DNA of 54,861 nt from an uncultured Enterobacterales bacterium. Its GTDB lineage: Bacteria; Myxococcota_A; UBA796; CAJQPC01. Shown here piece by piece: positions 43,171-50,365 of this stretch; positions within the stretch are counted from its first letter, which is position 1; each line of letters opens with the position of its first letter. The notes beneath the pieces are model-generated. The model was not told the origin of the DNA. It saw only the letters and a list, made by a program, of their open reading frames with translations, and ran no database searches. The position numbers were made by a program, and so were the translations under genes. The stretch spans positions 1-54,861 of the forward strand of contig CAYFPX010000004.1 in NCBI GenBank assembly GCA_964344945.1, written 5' to 3'.

Positions 43171-44298
43171 ATGACCTCCTGGGCCCTGCTCTTCGCCCTC
43201 GGCTGCGACCCCTCCACCAACACCGCCGACGTCACCCAGAGCGACCTCGACGCCCTGCTCGATCGCGTCGAGGCCCTGGAGGCCGACAACGCCCTGCTGC
43301 GGGAGGAGCTCGCCCAGGTAGCGACGGCCGAGGCCTTGGACGCCGTGGGCGAGCGCGTCCAGGCGCTGGAGGACGCCGACCTGGTCAGCGAGGCCTGGGT
43401 GCTGGACCAGGACTACGTCGCGGGCGACGACCTGGACACCGCCCTCGCCGAGCAGGACGCCGAGGACCAGGCGCTGTGGGCCGAGACGGAGGTGCTGGCC
43501 CAGGACATCGCGGCGCTACAGGCCGCGGACACCGCCACCAGCGAGAGCCTGGCCTCCCTCGAGGCGGCGGTCACCACCCTCCAGGAGACCGACGCCAGCC
43601 ACGAGCTCACCCTGGCCGAGCACGAGGACGGCCTGCAGGAGCTCGAAGAGGCCGATGCCGCCCTGCAGGTCGAGGTGGAGACCGTCGCGGCCGACCTGGA
43701 CACGACGGAGCTCGACCTCAGCGGGCTCGAGGACGACGTCGGCGGGCTGGAGTCCGAGCTCGATGTGGTCTCGGAGGACGTCGGTGCGCTGGAGACGGAG
43801 CTCCAGGTCGTCTCCGAGGACGTCGCCGGGCTGGAGACGAGCCTGGCCGAGCTCATCGCCGACGTGGACGACCTCGACTCCGCGGTCCAGGCCCTGGACG
43901 TCGCCCTCGCCCTGGTGGACCTGTCCCTCACCTCGCTGCTGACCTCGGTGGACGAGCTCTGGGACGCGGTGGGCGACGCGGCTGACCTGATGTCCTTCGT
44001 CGAGGTGGACACCGGGGCGTCGAAGGTCGTGTTCACCGGGGCCAACGTGTTTGTCCAGGACGGCTCGGGCGGTACCGCCAGCGCCACCGGCAAGGGCAAC
44101 CTGATCGTCGGCTACAGCGAGTCCGACGGCTCACAGACCCGCAGTGGCTCCCACAACCTCGTGGTCGGCGATCTGCACAGCTGGACCAGCTACGGCGGGT
44201 TCGTGGCCGGCGAGGACAACGCCGTCGAGGCGCCCTACGGCGCGGTGAGCGGTGGCACCGGGGAGACGGTCAGCACCGACCACGGCCTGGCGCCCTGA
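43171..44298 (+). CDS. Acidic coiled-coil lipoprotein with tail-fibre/adhesin-head-like C-terminus
   Basis: MTSWALLFALGC lipobox. ~260 aa of heptad-like L/E/D/A sequence. C-terminus carries repeated G-x-N-L-(I/V)-VG (KGNLIVGYSE, SHNLVVGDLH). Confidence 0.7.
   Translation: MTSWALLFALGCDPSTNTADVTQSDLDALLDRVEALEADNALLREELAQVATAEALDAVGERVQALEDADLVSEAWVLDQDYVAGDDLDTALAEQDAEDQALWAETEVLAQDIAALQAADTATSESLASLEAAVTTLQETDASHELTLAEHEDGLQELEEADAALQVEVETVAADLDTTELDLSGLEDDVGGLESELDVVSEDVGALETELQVVSEDVAGLETSLAELIADVDDLDSAVQALDVALALVDLSLTSLLTSVDELWDAVGDAADLMSFVEVDTGASKVVFTGANVFVQDGSGGTASATGKGNLIVGYSESDGSQTRSGSHNLVVGDLHSWTSYGGFVAGEDNAVEAPYGAVSGGTGETVSTDHGLAP
43756..43839 (+). repeat. Two tandem 42-bp in-frame repeats inside the coiled-coil gene
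   Basis: gagctcgatgtggtctcggaggacgtcggtgcgctggagacg followed by gagctccaggtcgtctccgaggacgtcgccgggctggagacg (ELDVVSEDVGALET / ELQVVSEDVAGLET). Confidence 0.6.
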
Positions 44299-44336
44299 AC
44301 CGGCACATTCAGCGGGGCCGAGTCGGGGGGTCACCG

Positions 44337-44502
44337 CACTCAGAGGGCCCCAGTTGGGGGATCTGCACCGGAGTACATGCCCGGTCGACACTCAGCCGGC
44401 CTGAGTTGGGTGATGGCGACCGCTTCGAGCCGCCGAACCGTTGGTCTCCCCCAACTCGGGTCCCTTGAGTGCAGGGTCCCCCCAGCTCGGACCCCCTGAG
44501 TG
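44337..44502. repeat. REP cluster, family B (two direct + two inverted ~25-bp units)
   Basis: Direct units: cactcagagggccccagttggggga (44337-44361) and cactcagccggcctgagttgggtga (44389-44413). Inverted units: tcccccaactcgggtcccttgagtg (44447-44471) and tccccccagctcggaccccctgagtg (44477-44502). Confidence 0.65.
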
Positions 44503-45122
44503 TCGAAGATCGGTCGACAGGTCGTCACCCCGAGGCCGCTCGATCGGCGCCGGGCCTGTGGACAGTGCCCGGCATCGGCCGTGCATCGGCGCCGGGCAAG
44601 CTGCGCCGGAACGAGCGCTACATCCACCTGAACCCCTGCCGGGCCCGGCTGATCGACGACCCGCTCGCCTGGCCCTGGTCGACTCACCGGGATCGGGTGG
44701 GCCTCGCCTGGCCTTGCGCCGTGCCCACTCGCACGGATCCGGCGGCCTTCCACCGCTACGTGAGTGCCGACCCGAGCGTGGCCGTCGACGGCACCCTCCT
44801 TCCCTGTCGGCTGGACGGCGGGACCGCGGAGCAGGTCTACGCCGCCGTCTCCGCGCTCACCCGAAGCCCCGCCGAGCGACTCCAGCTGCGCGGCCCGGCC
44901 CGCACCCTCTGGATCCAGTCCCTGCGGCTGCTCACCGAGCTCACCCAGCCAGCCATCGCCCGGGAGGTCGGGGTCTGCCTCTCCACGGTCCAGCGCCTTC
45001 CGCCGCGCTGGACCCCGGAGATCCGCCTGGTCCGCCGGGTGCTCGGCGATCGCCGCTTCCCAGCTCTGGACGACGGCGCCGCGGCCTGGGCCCGGCGCTC
45101 CCTCTGGAGCCCGAGGGCTTAG
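44469..45122 (+). pseudogene. Internally deleted RAYT-like (Y1/HUH) transposase copy lacking the HUH region
   Basis: From ...GKLRRNERYIHLNPCRARLIDDPLAWPWSTHRDRVGL... to its end it aligns with residues ~130-301 of the track ORF 46338..47243. The N-terminal ~95 aa, including the MPDHLHLL motif, are missing, although the 5' flank motif CCCCCTGAGTGTCGA is retained. Confidence 0.6.
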
Positions 45123-45129
45123 GCTCCGC

Positions 45130-46296
45130 CTACTTGGCGGTGGCTTCGGCGGCGGCGGGCGCGTCGTAGCGGGCCCACTTCTTGGCGGCCTCCCACCCGA
45201 TCGGCTGGTCCTTGCTGCGGCGCAGGGTCAGCCGGGCGGTGTCGAAGAAGCCCTCGAGGGTGCGGAACATGCTGCTGGTGTCGATCCAGCACGCCCGCAT
45301 GCAGCCCTCGCAGGAGCCGGCCTCCATCATGCGCTGGCGCTCGTACTCCGTGGACCAGAAGTACTCTTCGAAGCCCGGGTCGAGGATGTGGGTGTAGGAG
45401 TGGCTGGTCCGGTGGCAGATGGTCATCTGGCCGTTCGGGGACACGCTGAAGTAGAGCCGGCCGGCGTCGCAGCCGTCGGGGGGGAAGCGGCCGGTCTTCA
45501 GGTAGGTCCGGCTCGACGCCAGGTACGGGGTCGAGCTCAGGATCGGGTAGCCCTCTTTCTTCATGCGGATGAGCGTGTCGTAGCAGCGGTCGATCCGAGC
45601 GGCGACATCGCCTGTCGGGCCGGCGACCAGGCCCATCTCCGGGCGGTGGCGGATGAACCGGGCCTCCCAGTTGCGCACGCCGTCCTTGGGGGAGCTCAGG
45701 AGCTCGATGGGCAGGAAGGAGACGTGGAAGCCGATGGCCTTGGCGAAGCGGACGATGTCCGGGCACTCCTCCAGGTTCAGGTTGCTGACCACGCAGTTGA
45801 TGACGGGCATGCCGTCGGTGCCGTGGAGCTGCTCGCCGAGCCAGGCCATGTTCTTGACGGCGCCGGTCCAGGAGCCCTCCTGCTCGCAGATGTAGTCGAA
45901 GCGCTCCGGGTAGAGACTGTCCAAGGAGATCGAGAAGTTGCGGACGCCGTGGTCCAGGCACTTCTGCAGGCGGTCCCGGGGGACGTTGACCGCGTTGGTG
46001 AGCAGGCGGACGTTGATGCCGGCCTCGACGAAGAGCCGGCCGACCTCCTCGATGTCGTCACGGGCGAAGGGCTCGCCGCCGCCGATGCTCACCTGGACCA
46101 CGCCGAGGCGGTTGAAGAGCTGGGCCATCTGCTCGATCTCGGGCAGCTCGAGCTCTTCCTTGCGGTTCCCGTAGCGCCAGATCCCGCACATCTTGCAGGT
46201 CAGGTCGCAGCGGTGGGTGATGCCGTAGTGCGCGTAGACCGGGACCCTGCGCGTGAGGAAGGCCTTGCCGATGCGGGCGTAGTGCTGGGGCTTCAA
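45130..46296 (-). CDS. Radical SAM protein with SPASM/twitch-like C-terminal Cys motifs
   Basis: TTG 46296 is the only plausible start. CxxxCxxC: HRCDLTCKMCG. GGGEPF motif. C-terminal C-x12-G-x4-C (CDAGRLYFSVSPNGQMTIC) and CxxCxxxC (CEGCMRAC). Confidence 0.8.
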   Translation of the reverse strand: MKPQHYARIGKAFLTRRVPVYAHYGITHRCDLTCKMCGIWRYGNRKEELELPEIEQMAQLFNRLGVVQVSIGGGEPFARDDIEEVGRLFVEAGINVRLLTNAVNVPRDRLQKCLDHGVRNFSISLDSLYPERFDYICEQEGSWTGAVKNMAWLGEQLHGTDGMPVINCVVSNLNLEECPDIVRFAKAIGFHVSFLPIELLSSPKDGVRNWEARFIRHRPEMGLVAGPTGDVAARIDRCYDTLIRMKKEGYPILSSTPYLASSRTYLKTGRFPPDGCDAGRLYFSVSPNGQMTICHRTSHSYTHILDPGFEEYFWSTEYERQRMMEAGSCEGCMRACWIDTSSMFRTLEGFFDTARLTLRRSKDQPIGWEAAKKWARYDAPAAAEATAK

Positions 46297-46337
46297 GGGC
46301 GGTCCGTCGCCAGAGGAGGGGCGAAGTATAGCGGCGC

Positions 46338-47144
46338 TCAGGTGCGGTCGCGGTAGGCGAACCAGCGGGAGGTCCGGCGCAGGTCCCCCGGCTCCAAGGC
46401 CGGGAAGCGGTCGTCGCCGAGCACCCTGGAGACCAGGCGGGTGGCCCGGGTGTGCTTGAGGGGGACCCGGTGGACGGTGGCTCGCGCCAGCTGCAGCTCC
46501 GCGCCGATCTCGCGGCCCGAGAGAGTGGTGAACTGGCGCAGGCTCCGGAGCGCCAGGGAGCGCACCGGGCCCCGGCGGGTCAGGGCCTCTCGGGGGCTCC
46601 GGGTGAGGGCCAGGACGGCGTCGAGCACCGTGTCCCCGTCGGCCCCGTCGGTGCCGACAGGCAGGTCGGTGCCCCGCAGGTTCACCGACGGGTCGGCGCT
46701 CACGTACTGGTGGTAGGCCAGCGGGTCGGGATCCGCCGGGCGGGCGGCCGGCAGCGCCAGACCGACCCGATCCCGGTGGGTCGACCAGGGCCAGGCGAGC
46801 GGGTCGCCGACCAGCCCTGCGCGGCAGGGGTTGAGGTGGATGTAGCGCTCGGAGCGGCGGAGCTTCGTTCGGCCCTTGACCGGCTCGGGCGGGCCCGGGC
46901 GCCGCCAGAGGGAGCCCCGCACCCCCATGCGGTTGTTGCGCCACCGGGCGTAGCTGCGCAGGGCGATGCCGAGCGCAGCGCCCACGTCGCGGGCGTGCAG
47001 CAGGTGGAGGTGGTCCGGCATCAGGCACAGGGCCAGCGGGTCGGGGACCTCCCGCAGCACCGTGTCCCACAGGACGCGTGCCTCCAGGTGGGAGAGAAAG
47101 GCCAGGCGACTCGGCCGCGAGCGGACAGCATGGTGGTGTGGCAT
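46338..47144 (-). CDS. RAYT-like Y1 (HUH) transposase with C-terminal HTH (DnaA-C-like) region
   Basis: ATG 47144 (MPHHHAVRSRPSRLAF...). HUH motif MPDHLHLL; Tyr motif RSERYIHLNPCRAGL; C-terminal SLRQFTTLSGREIGAELQLARATVHR. REP-like sequence lies upstream. Confidence 0.7.
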   Translation of the reverse strand: MPHHHAVRSRPSRLAFLSHLEARVLWDTVLREVPDPLALCLMPDHLHLLHARDVGAALGIALRSYARWRNNRMGVRGSLWRRPGPPEPVKGRTKLRRSERYIHLNPCRAGLVGDPLAWPWSTHRDRVGLALPAARPADPDPLAYHQYVSADPSVNLRGTDLPVGTDGADGDTVLDAVLALTRSPREALTRRGPVRSLALRSLRQFTTLSGREIGAELQLARATVHRVPLKHTRATRLVSRVLGDDRFPALEPGDLRRTSRWFAYRDRT

Positions 47145-47218
47145 GGCCGGCGGCCCTGGCAAGGGGCATGCCCGCGGCACTGGGCCCATCCGCGAGGCAC
47201 CGGGTGTCGAAATCTCGA

Positions 47219-47249
47219 CACTCAGGGGGTTCGAGTGCGACACCCCCTG
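47219..47249. repeat. REP-B-like unit / hairpin upstream of the intact RAYT-like gene
   Basis: cactcagggggttcgagtgcgacaccccctg: cagggggt (47223-47230) pairs with accccctg (47242-47249). The first 17 nt match the family-B unit. Confidence 0.45.
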
Positions 47250-47431
47250 CAGTCAGAGGCCCTGGACATCACACCTGGTGGGTCCGGGCGCCTCCGGAGG
47301 GTATCGGGTGTGACGCTCGGCCCCCTTGTCTGCTGGTCTCGCAGCCGTTGGGCGCTGGGGTGTGACGTTCGATACCGCTGTCTGCGACGGTGTTGCGTTC
47401 GGACCCTCTGACTGCCCGCTACCATGCCGCC

Positions 47432-49612
47432 ATGCTCACCCTGCTCCTCCCCTTGCTCGCCTGCACCGACAAGGACACCTCCGCTTCGGGCGACACCGGT
47501 CTGACCGCGGACTGCGAGCCCGCGGTCGAGACCTGCAATGGCCTGGACGACGACTGCGACGGCGAGGTGGACGAAGAGGCCGACGACGCGGTCACGCTGT
47601 ACGCCGATGTCGACGGCGACGGCTTCGGCGACGACACCCTGGGGGTGCTCGCCTGTGCCGATGAGCCGGGACTGGTCTCGGAGGGGGGAGACTGCGACGA
47701 CACCGACGCCGCCGTGAACCCGGACGCCGCCGAGGTCTGCGACGGCGAGGACAACGACTGCGACGACCTGGTCGACGACGAGGACGACAGCCTGGACACC
47801 AGCAGCATCACGCCGACCTACCCGGACGCAGACGGCGACGGCTTCGGCGACGCGAAGAGCGAGACCTTGGTCTGCTCCCCGCCCCCGGACCACCTGACCG
47901 ACGGCAGTGACTGCGACGACGGCGACCCCTGGGTCTTCCCCGGCGCCCACGAGGTCTGCGACGGCAAGAAGACCGACTGCGAAGACCGGGACTGGTTCAG
48001 CGACGCCGGGCTCGCGAGCTTCTACAGCGACAGCGCCCTGGCCTGGACCGACCTGACCGACACCTTCGCCGCCGGCACCGAGGCCAGCCCGGTCTCCTGG
48101 ACGGCGGACGACGGCGGCGCCCTGTCCCTGTGCGAAGGCACCTGGCACCTGGACCTGAGCATCGAGCACACCATCCAGGTGGTCGGTGTCGACGGGGCCG
48201 AGGCCGTGGTGCTCAGCGGCGGCGACAGCCACCCCATCGTGACCATCGACGACCCCAGCGCCAGCGCCGTGCTCACCGCGCTGACCCTGGAGCGGGGCCT
48301 GGCCACGCACCTGCTCACCGTCGGCGACGACACCCGCACGGCCGGCGGCGCGGTCTGGTGCAGCGGCTCGGACCTGACCCTGGACCGCGTGATCCTGCAG
48401 GACAACACGTCCACCGGCTACGGCGGCGCCGTCGCCGCCCAGGGCTGCACCCTGTCGCTGACCGAAGTCACCGCCGAGGGCAACAGCGGCTACCACGGGG
48501 GCGCCTTCGCCTCCTTCGAGAGCGGCTTCACCCTCACCGGCGGGGCCCTGTCCAGCAACCACGCCGACGCCGAAGGCGGCGCGATCTACCTGGGCGGCGG
48601 GGTGACGTTCACGACCGACGGCGCCACCCTGGCCGACAACACGGCGGCCGAGGGAGGCGCCGTGCGGGGCGAGGAGCGGGGCCGGGCCGGCAGCAACACC
48701 ATCACCCTGGTGGACACCACCTTCTCGGGCAACCTGGCCAATGTGGGTGGGGCGGTCTCGGTGGACGACGGCGGCGAGCTGAGCTGCGAAGGCGGCACCT
48801 TCGAGGGCAACATCGCCTACGACGTGGGCGGCGCCATGGCCCTGGACATCCGGGGAGCCACGATCACGGGCACCACCTTCAGCGGCAACGAGGCCCTCGA
48901 CGACGGCGGCGCCCTGAGCCTGCAGATGGACGTCGTGGCGATCTCGGAGTGCGCGTTCACGGACAACCTGGGGGAGGACGGCGGCGCCATCGACACCGAG
49001 GCGAGCCGCAACGAGATCAGCAGCACCACGTTCACCGGCAACAGCGCCAGCCGCAGTGGCGGTGCCATCGCCATGCGCGACGCCGACGCCGGTCTCGACG
49101 GCACCGACCTGACCTTCGACGGCAACAGCTGCGAGCGCGACGGGGGGGCGATCTACGCCAGCGACGGCGCCCAGGTCTCCCTGGAGTCCAGCGCCCTGCA
49201 GGGCAACAGCGCGGGCCGCAGCGGTGGTGGGATCGCCGCCGATGTCGCCGACGTGGCCCTCCAGGACGCCACCCTGTCTGCGAACACCGCGGGCGGCAGC
49301 CGCCACGGGGGCGCCATCTGGGTCGAGAACGGCGAGCTGACCTGCGACGCGGTCTCCTTCGACGGTCACTCCGCCACCTACGGCGGTGCCCTCGCCCTCG
49401 AGCTCGCCCGGGGCTCCGTCGCCTCCTCGACCTTCACCGACAACAGCGCCGACGAGGGCGGGGCCGCCTGGCTGAGCCTGTCCGAGCTCGACGTGAGCGA
49501 CTCCGACTTCAGCGGCAACAGCCCCCACGACACCTACGTGAGCGACGTCACCCAGGCCACGAGCTGGGGCAAGGGGGCGAGCTTCAGCTGCACGATCGCG
49601 GGGTGCGAGTAG
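47432..49612 (+). CDS. Lipoprotein with MopE-like Cys/Asp 'putative metal-binding motif' repeats and Pmp-like parallel beta-helix repeats
   Basis: MLTLLLPLLAC lipobox. CNGLDDDCDGEVDE, DVDGDGFGD, GGDCDDTDAAVNPDAAEVCDGEDNDCDD. Followed by many GGA(I/V)-type repeats (GGAVW, GGAIYL, GGAMAL, GGAIDT...). Confidence 0.75.
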   Translation: MLTLLLPLLACTDKDTSASGDTGLTADCEPAVETCNGLDDDCDGEVDEEADDAVTLYADVDGDGFGDDTLGVLACADEPGLVSEGGDCDDTDAAVNPDAAEVCDGEDNDCDDLVDDEDDSLDTSSITPTYPDADGDGFGDAKSETLVCSPPPDHLTDGSDCDDGDPWVFPGAHEVCDGKKTDCEDRDWFSDAGLASFYSDSALAWTDLTDTFAAGTEASPVSWTADDGGALSLCEGTWHLDLSIEHTIQVVGVDGAEAVVLSGGDSHPIVTIDDPSASAVLTALTLERGLATHLLTVGDDTRTAGGAVWCSGSDLTLDRVILQDNTSTGYGGAVAAQGCTLSLTEVTAEGNSGYHGGAFASFESGFTLTGGALSSNHADAEGGAIYLGGGVTFTTDGATLADNTAAEGGAVRGEERGRAGSNTITLVDTTFSGNLANVGGAVSVDDGGELSCEGGTFEGNIAYDVGGAMALDIRGATITGTTFSGNEALDDGGALSLQMDVVAISECAFTDNLGEDGGAIDTEASRNEISSTTFTGNSASRSGGAIAMRDADAGLDGTDLTFDGNSCERDGGAIYASDGAQVSLESSALQGNSAGRSGGGIAADVADVALQDATLSANTAGGSRHGGAIWVENGELTCDAVSFDGHSATYGGALALELARGSVASSTFTDNSADEGGAAWLSLSELDVSDSDFSGNSPHDTYVSDVTQATSWGKGASFSCTIAGCE

Positions 49613-49621
49613 GGCGTGGTG

Positions 49622-49827
49622 GGCAGCCCCGGGTCGAACGTTCGTGCCCGGCGGCAGCCCCGGGGTGAACATTCGCCTGGCGCTCGCTGGACCACCGAGA
49701 CGCTGACGAAGGTCCGGAGGACGGACGTTCGTCGCCGCTCGGGCCCGTTGAGCGGCCGGGAGACCGACCGAGACGAACGTTCACCCCGGGGCTGCCCCGC
49801 GAGACGAACGTTCAACCCCGGGCTGCC
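49622..49827. repeat. REP cluster, family C (two direct + two inverted ~25-bp units)
   Basis: Direct units: ggcagccccgggtcgaacgttcgtg (49622-49646) and ggcagccccggggtgaacattcgcc (49653-49677). Inverted units: gacgaacgttcaccccggggctgcc (49772-49796) and gacgaacgttcaaccccgggctgcc (49803-49827). Lies between convergent genes. Confidence 0.7.
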
Positions 49828-49867
49828 CGGCTCACCCCCACCGCCCTCGTGAGGCCGCGGGGCGGCC

Positions 49868-50365
49868 TCACCGATCGCGGGGGAACAGCTGCCCCTGCGG
49901 CGCCTCGTGGGCCAGCAGCCACCGCTTGTGGTCCAGCCCCGGCCCGTACCCCACCAGCCCGTCGGTCCCGACCACCCGGTGGCACGGGATCACCAGCGGC
50001 AGCGGGTTCGCCCCGTTCGCGGCGCCCACCGCCCGGCTCGCGGCCGGGTTGCCCAGGGCGTGGGCGATGTCGCCGTAGGTCCGGGTCTGCCCGGCGGGGA
50101 TGACCCGCACCCGGGCCCACACCGCCTGCTGGAACGGGGTGCCCGGCACCGCCACCGGCAGTCTCCGCAGCGCGCCCAGATCCCCCTGGAAGTAGTCCTT
50201 CAGCGCCCGCAGGGACTTGTGGGGATCCCCGAGCTCCCGCTCCGCCGGCAGGCGCTTCTCCACCCGGTCGACCCCCTCACCGAAGGCCAGGCCGCACAGG
50301 CCCACGTCGGTGGACCACACGGTGATCTCACCGAGGGGCGAGTTCGTGCGGACCTCGTAGATCAT
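49868..50365 (-). CDS. ogt: Methylated-DNA--protein-cysteine methyltransferase
   Basis: ATG 50365 overlaps the DegT stop (ATGA). ...TYGDIAHALGNPAASRAVGAANGANPLPLVIPCHRVV (PCHR active site). Confidence 0.85.
   Translation of the reverse strand: MIYEVRTNSPLGEITVWSTDVGLCGLAFGEGVDRVEKRLPAERELGDPHKSLRALKDYFQGDLGALRRLPVAVPGTPFQQAVWARVRVIPAGQTRTYGDIAHALGNPAASRAVGAANGANPLPLVIPCHRVVGTDGLVGYGPGLDHKRWLLAHEAPQGQLFPRDR

Larger units (their letters stand above)
44492..47229. mobile_element. Composite-like 2.7-kb module bounded by a perfect 15-bp inverted repeat (decayed RAYT copy, radical SAM gene, intact RAYT-like gene)
   Basis: ccccctgagtgtcga at 44492-44506 and its exact reverse complement tcgacactcaggggg at 47215-47229. 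The two RAYT-like genes are in inverted orientation with 3' ends facing the radical SAM gene. Confidence 0.4.

Noticed and set aside
44337-44502. Possible CRISPR array (also considered for 49622-49827)
   Set aside because: Only four units are present. Half of them are inverted, and spacers are irregular (from ~5 to ~95 bp). No cas genes occur in the window.
47223-47249. tRNA-like T-arm (GGTTCGAG) near 47228
   Set aside because: No acceptor stem, D-arm or anticodon arm can be built around it. It fits a REP hairpin instead.
47222-49672. 816-aa minus-strand ORF antisense to the beta-helix lipoprotein
   Set aside because: Shadow ORF produced by the repetitive GGC/GCC-rich coding strand opposite.
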